64,000 nucleotides of DNA from NCBI RefSeq assembly GCF_021028975.2, contig NC_059429.1, positions 98,332,001-98,396,000 of the forward strand. Direction: 5' to 3'. The notes under the pieces were generated by a model. It worked only from the letters and a program-made list of their open reading frames with translations, did not search any database and was not told the DNA's origin. A program made the translations under genes and the position numbers. Below are positions 48,772-63,940 of the stretch, in pieces. Position 1 is the stretch's first letter, and each line of letters begins with the position of its first letter. This DNA comes from Sphaerodactylus townsendi. Its lineage: Eukaryota.

Positions 48772-51700
48772 GGTGTATGTAAATTATTTCAGAACCGGGG
48801 CTGAACCTGATGGATAGTATTTGCTTTATATGAAATTGTTGTTGTTGAAAATGTAAACTTTTCCTTTGGATTTGTGTGAAGTTTAGTTTATTATTGTTTT
48901 TGGAATATGTTCAAACTCCTTTTCAGGAGTGCAGTCCAGGACCATTGAACACACTGCAACGTTTGCCACTGACTTCAGTTGAATGTGGATTGTATTCATT
49001 ACCACTTTTCAGTCCACCTAACAGCATCTGTACTAACCGTTTGCGACATTTAAAAGTGCTTTGGGTTTGATTTCAAGTTTGTATTATTATCAGTGAAAAT
49101 CTGTTCCATGGAACTGTTAGGTTAATGATCTCTGAGTACAATGTTTTTAAATGTTTCTTTCCCTCATGCATAGATTTGATGTTACAGAGTCTGAACTCTG
49201 TATTGTAATAACGCACCTTCTCACAGGGACTCTGGGACCTGAGTTCTGGAATGACACGGTAACTGAAACAAGGCAATGTTACGCTCAGTGAATAATGGCG
49301 TGAATTCTGTTGAGACAGCACCTTTTGTCATGCACAACTGGAAAAATGACAATTGTTCTTTGACGTTTGTTTCAGTAGAAGGCAACAAATAATGCCTACA
49401 TGGGAAATAAAAATTCATTTTGATTGTGAAGCTGTCCCCACATATTTGCTCTAAAACATAAATACCTTTGTTTTGAAACGATGGTGTTGTTTTTCCCCCC
49501 CTATTGACTATTGTAAAACGGGCAGAACTGACTTCACCTCTTTGGAGAGAAGAATGCCAGAGTATGGAAGCATCTCTGTACACAAGGTCTGGATTACTTT
49601 TGTTGGAACTACCTTTGGAATATTTCCTTCCTCTTTAACTAGAAACCTTTCCACCAGGAAAAAGAATTGTTTAGCTAGCTAGTTGTGAGATGTTAATGTT
49701 AGAAAAATATTCTTAGTGATCTCCTAGAGTTCCTTGCCCTCAAACTTAGGAAAGATCTTATAGGGCTCTTTCCTAAGATTCTGTTAGTCATGTAGATTTC
49801 TAATAAAGTCAAAGTTTCACCATTCAATTCCTTATGTAAATATTAGGAAAATTAAGTGCTAATGTGGGTTTTTTCATCTTTCTGTTGCTGAATCAATCTG
49901 GGTTAGATATTTCCTTAAAATGCTTGCAAATTGTGTTTTATTTAAATATCATTTTATTACAGTTTAATCAGCTTGGTCTTCTGATTTTTTTCCAAGATCT
50001 TGCATAACTACTGTCCTCTCTTTGAATCCCTCTCTATTGATATTACATATGAAGGTGGAGGAAATAATATAGAGGATTTCCCAATCAAGTCTGAGTATAT
50101 AGGAGTTGCTTTAGGAGTTGCTGGCCATAGGAATCAAGAAATGCTTCATATTTTACATGGCAGTCACATTTATTACAGGAATACCAATGTACCCACAGCA
50201 GACAGATGAAGTATGAATGACAAGGTGCTGTGTACAATCAGTGCTCTTAGTGATCAGTGGTCTTAGACACATGTTCTTAAATGTTTAAGAGACCAGTCTA
50301 GATGGGGGGAGATGAATACCCTTTGGGAGCAGCAGAGGGCCGCACCCACTTGTTTGCCCCCTTTGCTGGCATAAGGGACACCCATGCTGGTGAGAGAACA
50401 AATGCATTGGCATCTGGCTGCCTCACAGTTCCACAGTGGGTAAAACGGGGAGTGGGCGCTGCTGTACAACTACATTGGTGTTGGAGTGGCATTTGTGCGG
50501 CATAAGCCTGTTTGGGCTGTAGGGTGATTTGGGCAGCAGGAGGGTTTTCAAATTACCTTCCTTTCCACTGCCTTTGCCCCAACTGCCACAGAGTTTCCCC
50601 CTAATCTGGATTGCACTCTAAGGATGTATAAATATTGGTCAGACTATTTGTTTGCTGTGGACAACACTGATTGCAGACCTGGTTGACATGTGGAGTACCA
50701 AGTAAAATGTTTAAAACAGTCTATTATAATGAGCAAGTCTAATTCAGAGAGTTAATGATGATAAGCCATAATGCGATGTTTATGATGTGTTGTTGACTGT
50801 TCTGAGTGATTCACATACAATCTCTGTAACAATATAAGATATGTGGGCATTGCAAATAGTTTAGGTGTCCTGATTTATCTCCCTCCTCTCCTGGGTCTTA
50901 TGGCTGTTTCCATTCAGAGGCTCTGATATATGGCATAGTTTGGAAGAGTTCTCTGTTCTTAAAGGTGCAGCAGTACTAGCTAATTGAGATTCCACGGGAA
51001 TATCTTTATTATCAACACTAGATACTGAGGACACACAGCTAGGAAGGTTCTCTTGCATTAGTGAAGCAAAATGATTGGTGGTCGGTATCTGGAAATTGAC
51101 TGCTTTGGGTCCTGTTGCGCTGGCTATGAAGTAATCTTCAATTTTTGACTTTCCTCGCAGGGGGTGGGCTATGTTCTTCTATATCTCTTTGCCGTTTCCC
51201 AAAAGCCATAAATATAGTCAAAGCAAGCAAATAGATAAGGACAATTTTAAACAAATAGAGGATTGGAGGTTTGAATTAGTCAGGTGTAACCTCATTCTGC
51301 GTAATTAACAGTCACAAAGTCCTAAAACACAGATAACCACTGGCAGCAAGTGCCTTGCTGTTAAAAACAAATTATGCCAGTTTGTTGTTTAAAAAAAGCA
51401 CAATAATAAAGGGGATATAGGAAAAAGAAACCCCCCTCCCCCAATATTTATGGAACTGCTCGTCTAATATCCCTTGCTGCCATCACCTCCTCCCCACCCG
51501 GTGGACTTGATATGTGGGTATTTCTGTTGGGTGGGCGGGGGACTAAGACTGAAAAAGGGTGGGGGTTACCAAAAGCAGGGGTCCCCAAAGTGGTGGCTGT
51601 GGGTGCCATGGTGTCCACCAAAACCTTTTATGGAACCTACCATGTTTTTTCACATAGTAGATCCCAAGAGAGACTACTGGAGATTTGATTGGCTGTACAG

Positions 51701-54700
51701 ATTTTTTTAAATGTTGCTTTTGCAGCAGCTGCCACAACAGCTGCCACACAATCAAGATAGATAAGATAAAGCATAGGATAAGCATTTATTTTACCTCCAG
51801 AGAAACTGTTAGGGGATGATAATGGTTGATCACAAAATAATTTATTTTTTCTGACTATATAGAAAACAACAGCAAAAAATTAAAACTCATCAAATTTTAA
51901 AGGCTTTTAATCTCTTCAGACATCCAGTACTTCTACTTAATGCTGAAATGGGTAATTAATCAAGTTGTTGTTAGTAGTAGGAACCCAATATAGTGTGCCT
52001 AATGTCAAATTAAATGCAGCTATGTTTTAAATAAAAAGTATTACACAGGAAATATCACACTTCCTGTTTAATCAAGTAATTGTTTTTTTTTTAACTTTAA
52101 AATTAATTTTGAAACCATGAACCAATGGTATGCCACAGACAGTTAACAATGGCATCACTTTTCAGTAGGAATCCAGAGGTGGAAAATCTCTCTTAACCAT
52201 TGTTTTGGTGAGGGAGGCAAGCAGTTATTTTAATGCCGGGAGTAAAATGAAATATTGCATGGGCTCCAGCTTCACCGTATTCCAGGGACAGTCTCTGATT
52301 TTTGTTATTTGGGCCTCCTAAATCACTGCTCCTATTTTTGCTTTTTTTAGTGCTTTTTAATGGTTGTGTTAGTATGAATTGCTGAAGCTGTCATTCTTCA
52401 GTGTTTGCTTCCCTCCACAGGATCTCTATAAAACTACATTTCTGAGTGGGTATTGAGGGATGCACCTTTTCTCTAGTGCACATGTAGAAAAAAGCACGTG
52501 CATGAATGATCTGCCACCCAACAGAGCACAGACTGCCATTTTTTACATAGCAAAACCTGAAATTTTGAATTGTGATACCATATTTGGAGACAGTTTATGT
52601 GTTTCTAATGTATCATTAACCAAAAGAGCCTGCCATTTTGACATTTAAATTACTGGAAGGCAGGCTATTGCAGAATAAATGAATAAAACCTAGAGAAGGC
52701 AGAGTGCAGTATTAAGCAGTGTATAATTTGAAGGCAAAAGGTTAAGACCTTTAATGTTGCCGTGACAATAGGAGTGTTATCAACATGTCCCTATTTTTAT
52801 ATCTGAAATATTGTAAGATAGAATATAGTCAAGTGTGACATAGGAGAGGTCACTCTCCCCCATCCCCAAGTTCCATTAAGATACAGATAAAAATGGCAAT
52901 AATACCTCTGTGTTTCTCAGAGTCTGATCTTAAACCTTAGCGTATATTTTAAATACTTCAATTTAAAAAGCCCAGATGTCATAGTGTCTCTTTATTGTCA
53001 TCATGATAATACATCATATTCTCTTGCAAACCTGCCTTGTTCTTACTCAGTTATCATTCTTGTGTTCTACTACCTTAATTTTTCTATTACCTTAATTTCT
53101 ACTACCTTAATTTTTGTTTCACTAATGGTGTGATTTATGCAAGATTTCTTAATCTCTTCTCTGCTCTCGGGTGTACATATTTTTCTGTCATGATAAATTA
53201 GGATAGCCAATCTCTGAATGGGTGCTGAAGTTCTTGTGCTATTACAACTAATCTCCAGATGACAGATCAGTTCACCTAGAAAAAATGGCTGCTTTGGAAG
53301 GTGGACTTTATGCCCCATTGTACCCCATAGAAGTCCCTCCCTTCCCCAAATCCCGCCCTCCTCAGTCTCCATCCTCAAAATCTCCACGTGTTTCCCAGCC
53401 CAGAGCAGGCAACCCATCATTGTTAAGTAAATATGATATAGCATCACAAACAACTGTTTTCGAGTTTCTGATGAAGGGAGCTTTGCTTTTCACAAGTTTA
53501 TCCTGGAGTCCTCAGAGTGGTGCCCATGAGTGCCATGGTGCCCACCAACACCTTCACTCGCACCCAACAAATGTTTTGAGAAAATGGGCAGATTTGAGTG
53601 AGGTTTTTTTCCTGCAGCGCTTCTGTTTGGCTGTGTAGATTAAAAAAAAATACTTTGGCAGTAGTTGCCCCATGCAGTGAAGCTGTATGTATACAAGAAA
53701 ATATTTCTAAATTATATGTTCTGTTTTAAAGGCATCCTGCTAAACCGAGCTTCTGCTTGAAATATTGAAGAGTTACTGTTAGTGTTATGCTTACCGCCCA
53801 CTCCCTGACACTTTCTGGTTGGCTCTGCCTCTTGTGGTAGCTATTTTGTCATTAGAGCATGCCTCCTCTTCCAGTCATTTCATGGTTTTGCCCACCACCT
53901 TAGACCCACCACCTTATGTCAAAAACGCCAACATACTTAAAAAGATTGGGGACCCCGACTTGTACCAAAAATCTTGTTTGTCTTTATGATGCTGCTGGAT
54001 TGGAATCTTGCAGTCATTTTAAACTCTCCATCACAGTGTTAGTCTTGTAACAGTGTTACAAGAAGAAGTGAAAGATGAAAACCGCAGTTAAACGTTTGAA
54101 CTGGAAGTATGTGCAAATTGGTTTCTTCCATGATTGGTTTATGGATCAAGGCAAATGTCTTCAGGTTGTTTTGGAGACTTGGGTCTTTATAGAAAGAACA
54201 AGATCATATGATTGCAAGCAGAAATAAAAGAATGTAGACTGGGGGTGGGGGAGGCCCTCAGCCTTGCTGAGCCTGTGTGGGCATAATTGAAATTTTGAGA
54301 AAAATGGTGAGGGTTAAGGGAAAGGGCATTTGGGGGGAGAAGCACTGGACTCCAGAAAACACATTGATGGACACCATTGTGCCCACAGGTGTCATCTTGG
54401 GGATCACTGGCAAATCACTGTGCCCACAGGTGTCATCTTGTTACTCCTAAAGAGCATAAAAAGAGATATACTAATTCTTCCTATAAACAAAAATGTAAAG
54501 CGGAATTCTTTCCAATAGTTTTGTTTGTCACTTCGAACACCATTTGTGCAACTAGCAAGTCGTTGTTGCTGTCAGTTTTGACAATCCTGGTCAACCTTGG
54601 GTTCAGAGAAGGGGATGGTAGTTTGGAATCAGTTCTCGCAGCTCCCCATGTGATTGTGTGTTTGACTAGAGCTCTGTGCCCCACAGCTACTCATGGCCCC

Positions 54701-54920
54701 CTGTCATATCTACCCGTACAGTACATGTGGTGGTGACACATGTGTCTATTGCATACAGCCATTACATTGTAAAATGTAAAGCTCCAAGTGGTCATGAGAT
54801 ATATACCTAGAAACCTCAGTAATTCAATTTAGTCCAAATTCTCTGCTGCTCAAAAACAATTGTAGCAAAGAGATAGCAAGTGTGGTTGCTGAAGTGTGGT
54901 GTGATGTCATCAGTCTCTAA

Positions 54921-55496
54921 GGCCGCTTCTCAAGACGCGTTTCCATGAGTGACTGGGCGCGCCAAAGCCAAAAGGTGCCCCCAGGTCATTGCCGTTCGCG
55001 CAGATAGCGCCAGCTGCTTCAAGCGCAACAGCGAAAGCGTTTACCTGACTCTTCTTCCCTCCCCCCAGGGCGGGCGCTAAGTTTCCCTAAACAACAACCT
55101 CTTTTTTTAAAGGGTTGTTGTTAGGGAGGGAGCGTCTTCCCTGGGCGGCGCTGCGCTAACTGCGCTCCGGGAAGACGCTGTAGCCCATCTCCGCTTAATT
55201 CACGGTTTGGTTTTCGCCGCCAGTAGCAGTTGAAAGCCCGCCCGACGCTTGCCCCTCCCACCTCCAGGGGTCGGAGGGCAGCCGCATGGGCCGCGACGCT
55301 CGGGCAGGCTATCACGAGAGGGATAATCGCGGAAGGGGCGAGGGCGCAGAGGCGGCTCCATGCGGATTTCCTGCCGTCTGTCAGTTCTTCCGCTTCTCCC
55401 GCTCGCATGCTTGTAGATGCTTAACGGGTTTATGCTCCCCACGCCGCCCGCACTCTTGGCTGCGTGGGGGCGCAAGGAGGCCGTGCGGAAACGGCC
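54921..55496. mobile_element. GC-rich non-autonomous PIF/Harbinger-type DNA transposon (576 bp)
   Basis: TAA|GGCCGCTTC ... CCGTGCGGAAACGGCC|TAA. The right TIR matches the left end of the 20275 element at 15 of 16 positions. Confidence 0.85.
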
Positions 55497-56466
55497 TAAG
55501 AGACAAAAAGGTTGTGACTTACAGACAGTATTCCTGTTCCTCTCTGGTGCAACTCCCTCTTTGTCTATGTTAAGTGGCTTAGTTTTGTCTCTGGGGGAGA
55601 GCAGGCTACAAGTCCAATGAATGAACCATGTTTAATGCTTAATCATAGTTTGCATATTCTCTTTGCACTTTGAGTTCAGATTGATTACAAGGAGAACTAG
55701 TTAGCGCTAGTGCAGATGGTGCCAGTAAACCATGGTTAAAGCAAATGGGGCAAGGGAGGTAGAAATTCATGCCCAAGAAGAGAAGAAATTAATGCCTGTC
55801 CCCCCCCCCCCCCCCCGATTTCGTGGCCATACGTGAGAGATTAGTAGCATTGCATCTAAACTTCAGGCCTTATGTCAACTACATTGCAAAGTCAGAGGGC
55901 AAAAACTGTGGTGAGGGATTCTGCAGAGTTAACTCAAAATTCTTTTTGTTGGTGGGCAAGGTTAATGTTTATGTTTCTGCAGCTATTTATGGCCAGTTAA
56001 AAGAAGAAGAAAAAAAGTTCCAACTACTGATTTGGCCACAGTTCTAGACAGCCATGGTGTGGAGAGAAGTATTTGCACAGCCAGAAGTGGACGTTTTTAC
56101 TGCAGACCATCACACAGAGGACTGTGTAAGCCATTTGACTATTTAAAATCAGATTGCCCATGCAGCCAGTATTTCAGTAGAAGCATTTGAAACCCACTAG
56201 CTGCATTTGTGCTTGTCTCCTGCCTATTCGGTGGCTGTCTAGAATTGATGCCTTTAACCATAACTCTGTTATTCTCTGCTGTGAAGTTCGACCTAAAGTA
56301 AAGCAAGGATATGTCAATAAACATATTTTCTCCTTAATTTTCAATTTTTTCCTCAATTTTAAAATTTTTTTACTTTGTGCATGATAGAAGGGAGCTGCCA
56401 AGCTTGCAAAATGATTAAACTTGCTTTAAGTAATTCTGCTTTCTTGGCTTTTTTGTACCTAATCAG

Positions 56467-56551
56467 AATTGATGTGACTGAAGTGCAAATCTTCATAATA
56501 ATCATGCATTTACTGGCAATGATCGGAGGACCAACTTTTTGGCACACTATG
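56467..56551 (+). CDS. CEPT1: CEPT1 coding exon 4
   Basis: [28 protein letters not shown]; 85 nt; donor ATG|GTAAAT. Confidence 0.95.
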
Positions 56552-59500
56552 GTAAATCTGTTCATCTTGTGTATCACATGTAAAATATATATATATATAT
56601 ATATATCTTTAAACTGCCATTTTAAACATTTTGTTATTCAGCTAGAAGAGTACCACATTAATTTTATTGGCAAATCTTACCACTTTCCAGTGGAGTAAAT
56701 AAAGTATTGTATTGAAGTATATATTTAATACTGACCCTTGGTGCATTCCTAGCAATGTTTAAAGCAGTTTATTCTTTTGCTGTCGTTCAACCAAAAGAAC
56801 CCCAACTATTCCTTTTGTTTGTAAAGCATTATTTTCTGTGCCAATTTAACAAAATATTCACAACTTGGTGGTACTATATATTTCATCCCAAATCTGCAAA
56901 ATGTAGCTGCTTCAATTGGAAAGGTCATCAAACCCCGAGCCGTGAGCAATTTAACAGAATGCTGTTCAAATGGTGAAATTAACATTTTATGACATGATTC
57001 GGCCAAAAGCACTTACCCAGGATGGTTTGGCAGCCACAGATGCTTGAGCATGGTATACGTGTCTACTAAAACATAACATTTAATGTTATAACACAACAGT
57101 TGCGTGTCTTGTATATAAATTACCATTAAAAGCAAAAACTAATTGGCTACATCTTTGTTGTAATGTAATTATTACAAAAATAAATAATTGATAGTTTTCC
57201 AGTACTCTTTATAATGTCAAAAGTGTTATTTCAGAAAAAGATATTCCATGGATTTAAAGGAACCAGAAGATTTTTTTGAAGTAGAAAATGCACAAGTATT
57301 TCAAGCAGTATTTTTATACCATTTGTTTTGTAGTATGTCCTGACTGGTGTATCTTGATTCAGTAATAAATTGTTTCTTACACTGGAAAAACCTTATGGTT
57401 CATCATGTATAAATATTCTACTGGAATTTATGTTAATTAAGAGAATATCTACTCAAACATTCCACTTTTCTCTCTTTCTGGTATTTTCACACTTCAGTAT
57501 TTGCATAACAGTCATGATCATGCAAATATCTTGTCTGCACATAATGGCAAAAGGGCAGGTATCTGGGGTGGGGTGGGGAGCGAAGAGACATAGGACAGGT
57601 CTGGTGTTGTTGCTTCCCCTCCCTTTTGTGAAGCTTTCTAGATGTGCACTTCAGCACAGAAGATGCCAAGTGCACAGTCTCCAAAGAACAATGCAATAGA
57701 TGAATTTGTGAAATGCTGAAATATGGTAGGGGAGATGCAGCCCTGCTGCTTCTGTTTTAAAAACAAATTGGTAAATGAGCACACACATGTTGAAGTTCCA
57801 CAGTGCTGTGGGATGTAACCATTGTAGATTAAAATGTTCAAAAGTGGTGTGGGAATAGGAGATGTGTTGATAATACCTTGAGGGCAAACAAATGAACTGT
57901 GCATAATCATCAAGATACAACTGTCCATTGACCATTTATTGCATAATAAAAAGAAGGATAATTATGATAAGTTGTGGCATACAGAGGCACATTGCTGCTG
58001 TTACCTTTGGAGCCCACTAAATTAATTGTGTGGTGTTTTCCTACTACTCATATGCAAGGATTTTTCAAATGATCATTGTATTAAATTACCAGTAAAAATC
58101 AATTCTAGCTACAGGTAGAACTTTTAGTAGGAGTTGGGGGTGAGATTGCATGGAGGTCTTAATATATGAGGGAGTCCACTGATGGATATTATATGTTATA
58201 TAAATTGGAATAACTTTTTATGTTCTTTTGTCTTAATATAAATAGCATATATCCTCAGTGTTTTCTGCAGCTGATTTCCATTTTTTCCTCTTAAATGTAT
58301 GTAACTCTTATAATTGAAGCTAAGGTTGAAAAACTTGTTGATAAATTTCTAAACTTTTCAAAATTAAGCTAGAAATCCAAATTTATGGTTCTTCATATCC
58401 CTTAATATCCATGTTTGTATTAAAAAAAACTGGTTTCACATTTTGAGTGGATACATTTTAGAACTTTATAGATTCATGTTCTGTGTTTGTCTTGTGTAGT
58501 TCATACTATGCGGAGTTTGAAAGTGACAGGCAAATTTTGCAAATAAGTCGTGGTAATTCAAGACTGACAAAAGCAAATACTTCATATAATGCTTTTGACG
58601 GAGAGAATTTACTACAAGATATAATGATGGCCACAAGTATAACTAGCTTTAACAATTTTTAAAAAGATAAAATAATGGAAGACTGTTCAAACAGCTGTTA
58701 CTTATGATAATGTAACTGCCATGTTTCAGAAAACATTACAAAATGCCAGGGATACCAAATAGCGAGGAATGTGTGCACAGTTTTGTTTGTGAACCTCAAG
58801 CATGGGAAATGGGACATTTTTTCACCTGGCTCTGCAATCTTGTGTTCTTATTGATTCTTCCATTTGCTTTACTTCATTTATAAGTTTGTGGAATATAACC
58901 AAACATCATGGTCTTTGTACTAACTTAATTTCTTCCGTTTGTCTTCCTCTGACCATATTTGGGCTAGATTTTTCATTTGATCAGATCTGCCCTAAAATGT
59001 CACATCCAGTTTAACGTTATGGATTTTAAAACAAAGTTTCTCAAAACAGGGAGCCGTTATGTGACATACCCATCTTCCTTTCAGTACTATGTACTTGCTC
59101 CCAAAAGTACTCAAATTCTGGTATTTGGTGTGTGTGTCACCTTGAATAAAAATCTCTACCTTTCTCAAAGGTAATATGAAGAAAAAACTGTTCTCCCCTG
59201 TTGTCTCCAGGTAACTTGCTTAAAAGTGGAATGTTTGAGGGTTAAGCTGAATGCTGGAGATCAATTATTAGACCTTACCAGCATTTTCCGAAAACTAAAT
59301 AGCAGCTACATGTAGCCCTAATTATGACTGGGACCATACAAAGAGTTTATTTCTTCACTTCTGCATGGTTTCAGTTATTGAAATTTGATTGACTGATTGG
59401 TTTGATTTGATTTTCATGCCACTCTTTCCCAACCAAAGTCAGGCTAGAATGGCTGTGCCTTCTTCCCCATGCTACTGTTGTTATCTTTATTCCCTTATTG

Positions 59501-59740
59501 GGCTAATGGCAGCACAGGTAAGGCAGGGAAAAAAACTATGCAGAGGTTTTTCTTTCTCCCTGTTTCACCCCAATTTAAACTGGGCTGACACACAGCTGCA
59601 GCATAACTTAAAATATTGGGACGGTCTATTGACAGATATTCTAGTTTCTAGTCTGTTTTGGCCCTGAGTTTACATGGTAGCTAGAAAGAACATTTCAGGT
59701 TGACTGAAACCATGTTAATTTTCCCCCTTTTCCTGTTAAG

Positions 59741-59872
59741 ATTCCAGTGCTGAACATCCCAGTGAAAATACTTCCAGCTCTTTGTACAGTAGCAGGAACT
59801 ATATTCTCATGTACAAACTACTTTGGTGTGATCTTCACAGGTGGTGTTGGCAAAAATGGATCAACAATTGCA
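59741..59872 (+). CDS. CEPT1: CEPT1 coding exon 5
   Basis: [44 protein letters not shown]; 132 nt. Confidence 0.96.
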
Positions 59873-61130
59873 GTGAGTATTTGTTATTTTCTTCTTGCTT
59901 GAGCAATTCAGGGTTTTGTTCTTTTCTTTCAGCCTTCAGAGTGTTGACATATGCTCACCCAAGATTCCATATTCCATTTTATTATCGTAATTTGTACACT
60001 GGTTCCCAGCCCAAAGAAAATACAATTATCCAAAAACATTTTGCAAAATAATAAATCTGTGATTTTCTGAGTTTTAACATTTATTTATCCTATTTGTAGT
60101 CTACTTTTCACTTTGAGACTCAAGGCAGATTAGCATACAGAAAAGGGAGGGGGAATCATACCATATACGACATTGAGTGAACAGCGTGTTAGGACTAGGA
60201 GTCCAAAATTGATTGCTGGAATACAATTTTGTGCATGCCCCACTTCTCAGTAAAAAGACAACAGTTTCTTTGATTCACAACACTTTTTGTCCATTTGAGA
60301 AGCATGTCATTCTTGACAATCTTCCAGAAATGGATAAAGATAAAGCTAGTCTTTCGGTCAATTCCACTGAAAGCCTGAGGTGACTGGAAACAACACTGCT
60401 ACCACATTGCCTCACCACTTCCAGGGGTTTTTCCAGCAGTGCAAGGAGGCAGGGAAACCAGCTGCTACCCCCGCTGCCAGAAAGCCCTCCTCTTGGCTAA
60501 ATGAACTTACACCATCCTTTTGGGTGGCATAAGTCCGAGGGCGCAGGTGCTGTGCTTCCAGCTGTAAACCCCAGGTGGAAGCTGACTAATGTTGGCTGTA
60601 CCCCTGGGAATGCCCTGACTTGCCTCCCCCCCACTGTCATCTGAGGGGCAGCTGGACACAGTGTGTTTGCTCTCTTATGTTGCAGAGGGGACAAAGCTGC
60701 ACCACTCCCCCAAACTCTTCCCTTCCCCCCATCCAGATGGGACCATCAGAGTTCTTTTCGGATGGATCTTGTGCTTCTTAAAATTTGCACGATATGTAGC
60801 TAAGGCATGCTATTGAAACCAACAAAAATAGCTTGTGGTGTACATGAACAATTTTAGACCCCCTGTGCTTTAAAAATTACATCTGTATCATAACTGTAGT
60901 TCCATTCAAAGTCTGAAATTATACATGGGTTGTAAATGCAGCATTCAATTTGTGATGTATGCAGAGTCAGATAATGCCCTTCCATACGTTTTTTTGGTAG
61001 CAGATGATTGGATTCCAGATGTTTTAATGTAAAAGGTTGTCAGCCTCCACATCATTTGGGCATACCATGTTGACATTTGTATTTAACCAATGTGTCCTTC
61101 ATGATAAAGTAATGTGTCTTCTTTGCATAG

Positions 61131-61289
61131 GGAACAAGTGTCCTTTCACCATTTCTTCACATTGGATCAGTCATTGCGTTAGCTGCTATGATCTACAAGA
61201 AATCTGCTGTGGAGCTCTTTGAAAAACACCCTTGTCTCTACATACTAACTTTTGGTTTTGTATCTGCTAAGATAACTAACAAACTGGTG
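61131..61289 (+). CDS. CEPT1: CEPT1 coding exon 6
   Basis: [53 protein letters not shown]; 159 nt. Confidence 0.96.
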
Positions 61290-61640
61290 GTAAGTGCTTC
61301 ATCATCTTTTAGAATCTTTTTTACGTTTAATTTTGCCATTAAACACTCACTTCCTTTCTTCTGCTGTATGCGCTGCTGAAGCATGTTGAATTCTCAAAGC
61401 AGCTTTTCTCTTTCCCTGGTTAGTGATGTACATAATAGTTTTTCTCACTTGCCTCCTCCCAATTTTGTCTGGGAGCCTTGGCCATAGCCCAGTCTATGTA
61501 AAGAAACTTTGCTGGTATTATAGTCAAAATTAATTTTGGTGGCACCAATAAATTACCAATCGTTCATAGAAATACTGAAACAGGATATTAATCTCATAGA
61601 ATATTCATCTCACAGAAAATTAACTCATTTGTTCCTACAG

Positions 61641-61766
61641 GTTGCACATATGACCAAAAGTGAAATGCATTTGCATGACACAGCATTCATAGGCCCGGCA
61701 CTCTTGTTTCTGGATCAATATTTTAACAGCTTTATTGATGAGTATATTGTGCTTTGGATTGCTCTG
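61641..61766 (+). CDS. CEPT1: CEPT1 coding exon 7
   Basis: [42 protein letters not shown]; 126 nt. Confidence 0.96.
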
Positions 61767-62201
61767 GTAAGTATTTCCTGATTTTTCTGGCCATTAAAAA
61801 TACCTTTGTCCATTCTTTCTCACACACATGCACAATCTTAAATTTTTGCAACAAGTCTCAAGTCAGCCAGAGTCAACTGATGAGAAAACCTTGACTAGTT
61901 ACCCCTTATTTGGCAAGGTCCATAACTAGGGCGTGCACTCATATTCTTATGCATGCAGTGAGTTGAGCAGTGCTTTGCCCTTGCAATCCCATTGCATACA
62001 TCGGATGTTTCATGACTCCATGAAGAACAGCACATAGATCTCCATGCATAAAGGACTGCAATGCCACCCAGGCGCTGAATATTCAGGAGTCATCATTTGG
62101 ATTATGAAAGTTATGTTAAGCCACTAAGAAATAATGTTCTAGTTCATATTCTTTTTAAACAGGCTGATATACAAGCACAGGCATAACCTTCGTGTAAATG
62201 G

Positions 62202-63035
62202 CAGGGGTCCCCAACCTTTTTCAGCCTGCAGGCACCTTTAGAATTCTGATGCAGAGTGGTGGGTGCAACTACAGAATGGCTGTCACAGGAGGCAAAGCAG
62301 AGTCCACCACAGAACAGCAGGAAGAGACATTCTGTGCATCACTGTGATAGCACATCTGCAATGTTTCAGGCAGAAACTGTTTAACAGGATGCCTTTTTAA
62401 AATGAACATATAGTTTAAAATATTTTCTTGCAAACACACAAAATAAGTATACCTTTTGACTAGCTAATCAATGCTCATCTAGCCATATATCTTCATCTTT
62501 TAGGCTTCTCACGCAAAAGGGAAAGGGGAAAAATTTCCTTTACATGAGCCTTTGTTGCCGTTTTTAATCTACCCCATTACTTGTAACAAACATAGCTGGT
62601 GCTGAAGGGCTGATAAGAACTCCTTGTACATGTGTACAGTAAGAGAGAAATTCTGACCAGATTTTGGTAGGTACACAAATGCTCTTTGAAAAGAGAACAA
62701 AATTTGAGGTAGTCATATTTTTGTCAACTTCCACCTGAGTTATAATGGTACAATAAAACTGATAAGATCTAATGATTTCACTAAAAGGTTCCGTTAAGTG
62801 CATAATTTGTTTTATGCCATAGCCCAACTGTATTTGATCAGAATCAAGTCCAACTTGTGTTTTCAGAATATCATTCTGCTGTTTGCCCAGGTAGAGTACG
62901 CCATCTGTATTAACCCATAAACATCAAATGCTAAAAAGCCCCTGGCCCACCTCTTTCTAAAAACATTCATGCCTCCGGAAAGGTGGCTATGGGAGTACCA
63001 TGGCACCTATGGGTGCTATGTTGGGGACCACTGCT
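62202..63035. mobile_element. Old hAT-like element remnant(s)
   Basis: CAGGGGTCCCCAAC start and gttggggaccactg end. Related gtgccatggtg(c/t)cc pieces occur at about 51575-51740 and 53515-53960. Confidence 0.5.
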
Positions 63036-63523
63036 TTAAGGGCATGATTGGCATTTAAGAATTCATTTGATTATCAGTAAGTAAAATACCCTTATACTCT
63101 CATTCACCATTGGTCAGTTCTTTTTTAGGAAAGTGGATCAGAATTTTGCTTTTGAAATAGTATCTGTATTAATAGGTTACTTCACATTTTTATCATATAG
63201 ATAGGCTTTATTTTTAACATCTTCATGCTGGTCTTTCCTTTTAAGAAGCTGAAGGCAACATCCATGGTTGCCCTAAGAGCATGATTGGCATTGTGGGAGT
63301 TGAACCTAGATTTTTGTGGTCCTAGTCCACCACTTTAGCCAGTGGTTGTCATATTATTGGCAAAGGACAAAGGAGACTGTTGCTTGCGGAGACCAGAGAG
63401 ACAATATTGTTGCAAGACAATAAAATAAATGCTAATACTTACAATCCCGGTGCTTCAGAGAACTGATATGAAACAACTGATTTCAAAGCGTTTATCTTGC
63501 ATGCTTTTGTGTTCTCCTTTCAG

Positions 63524-63643
63524 ATCTTCTCTCTTTTTGATTTGCTGCGGTACTGTGTCAGTGTGTGCAATCAGATCGCCTCCCATCTTCACATCCATGT
63601 CTTCAGGATCAAGACCCCTTCCACACATTTTAATCATCACTAG
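63524..63643 (+). CDS. CEPT1: CEPT1 terminal coding exon
   Basis: [39 protein letters not shown]; the full join gives 416 aa. Confidence 0.95.
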   Translation: MFSLFDLLRYCVSVCNQIASHLHIHVFRIKTPSTHFNHH

Positions 63644-63940
63644 TTACTTGGTCGTCACCACAGACAAGAATCAACTGACAGCTATTTTCTACTGGAGAGG
63701 ATTCAAGCATACTGAGGAGACTATGAAAACGGGAGCAGATAGGAACAAGTCTAATTTATAATAATGTTGTATAACTTCTACTCTTGGTGACTGACAACAC
63801 TCCTTAGCTAGTCTCCTCCAATGAAAGGGGAATCGCAAGCACTCTCCCGTCGAACACGCACATTTTCCGCTCTGCTGGTTGTGTGCCCTGGAAAGCATGC
63901 AGAGAGTGAAGCTTTGGCTTTGTAATGACCACAATTACAG

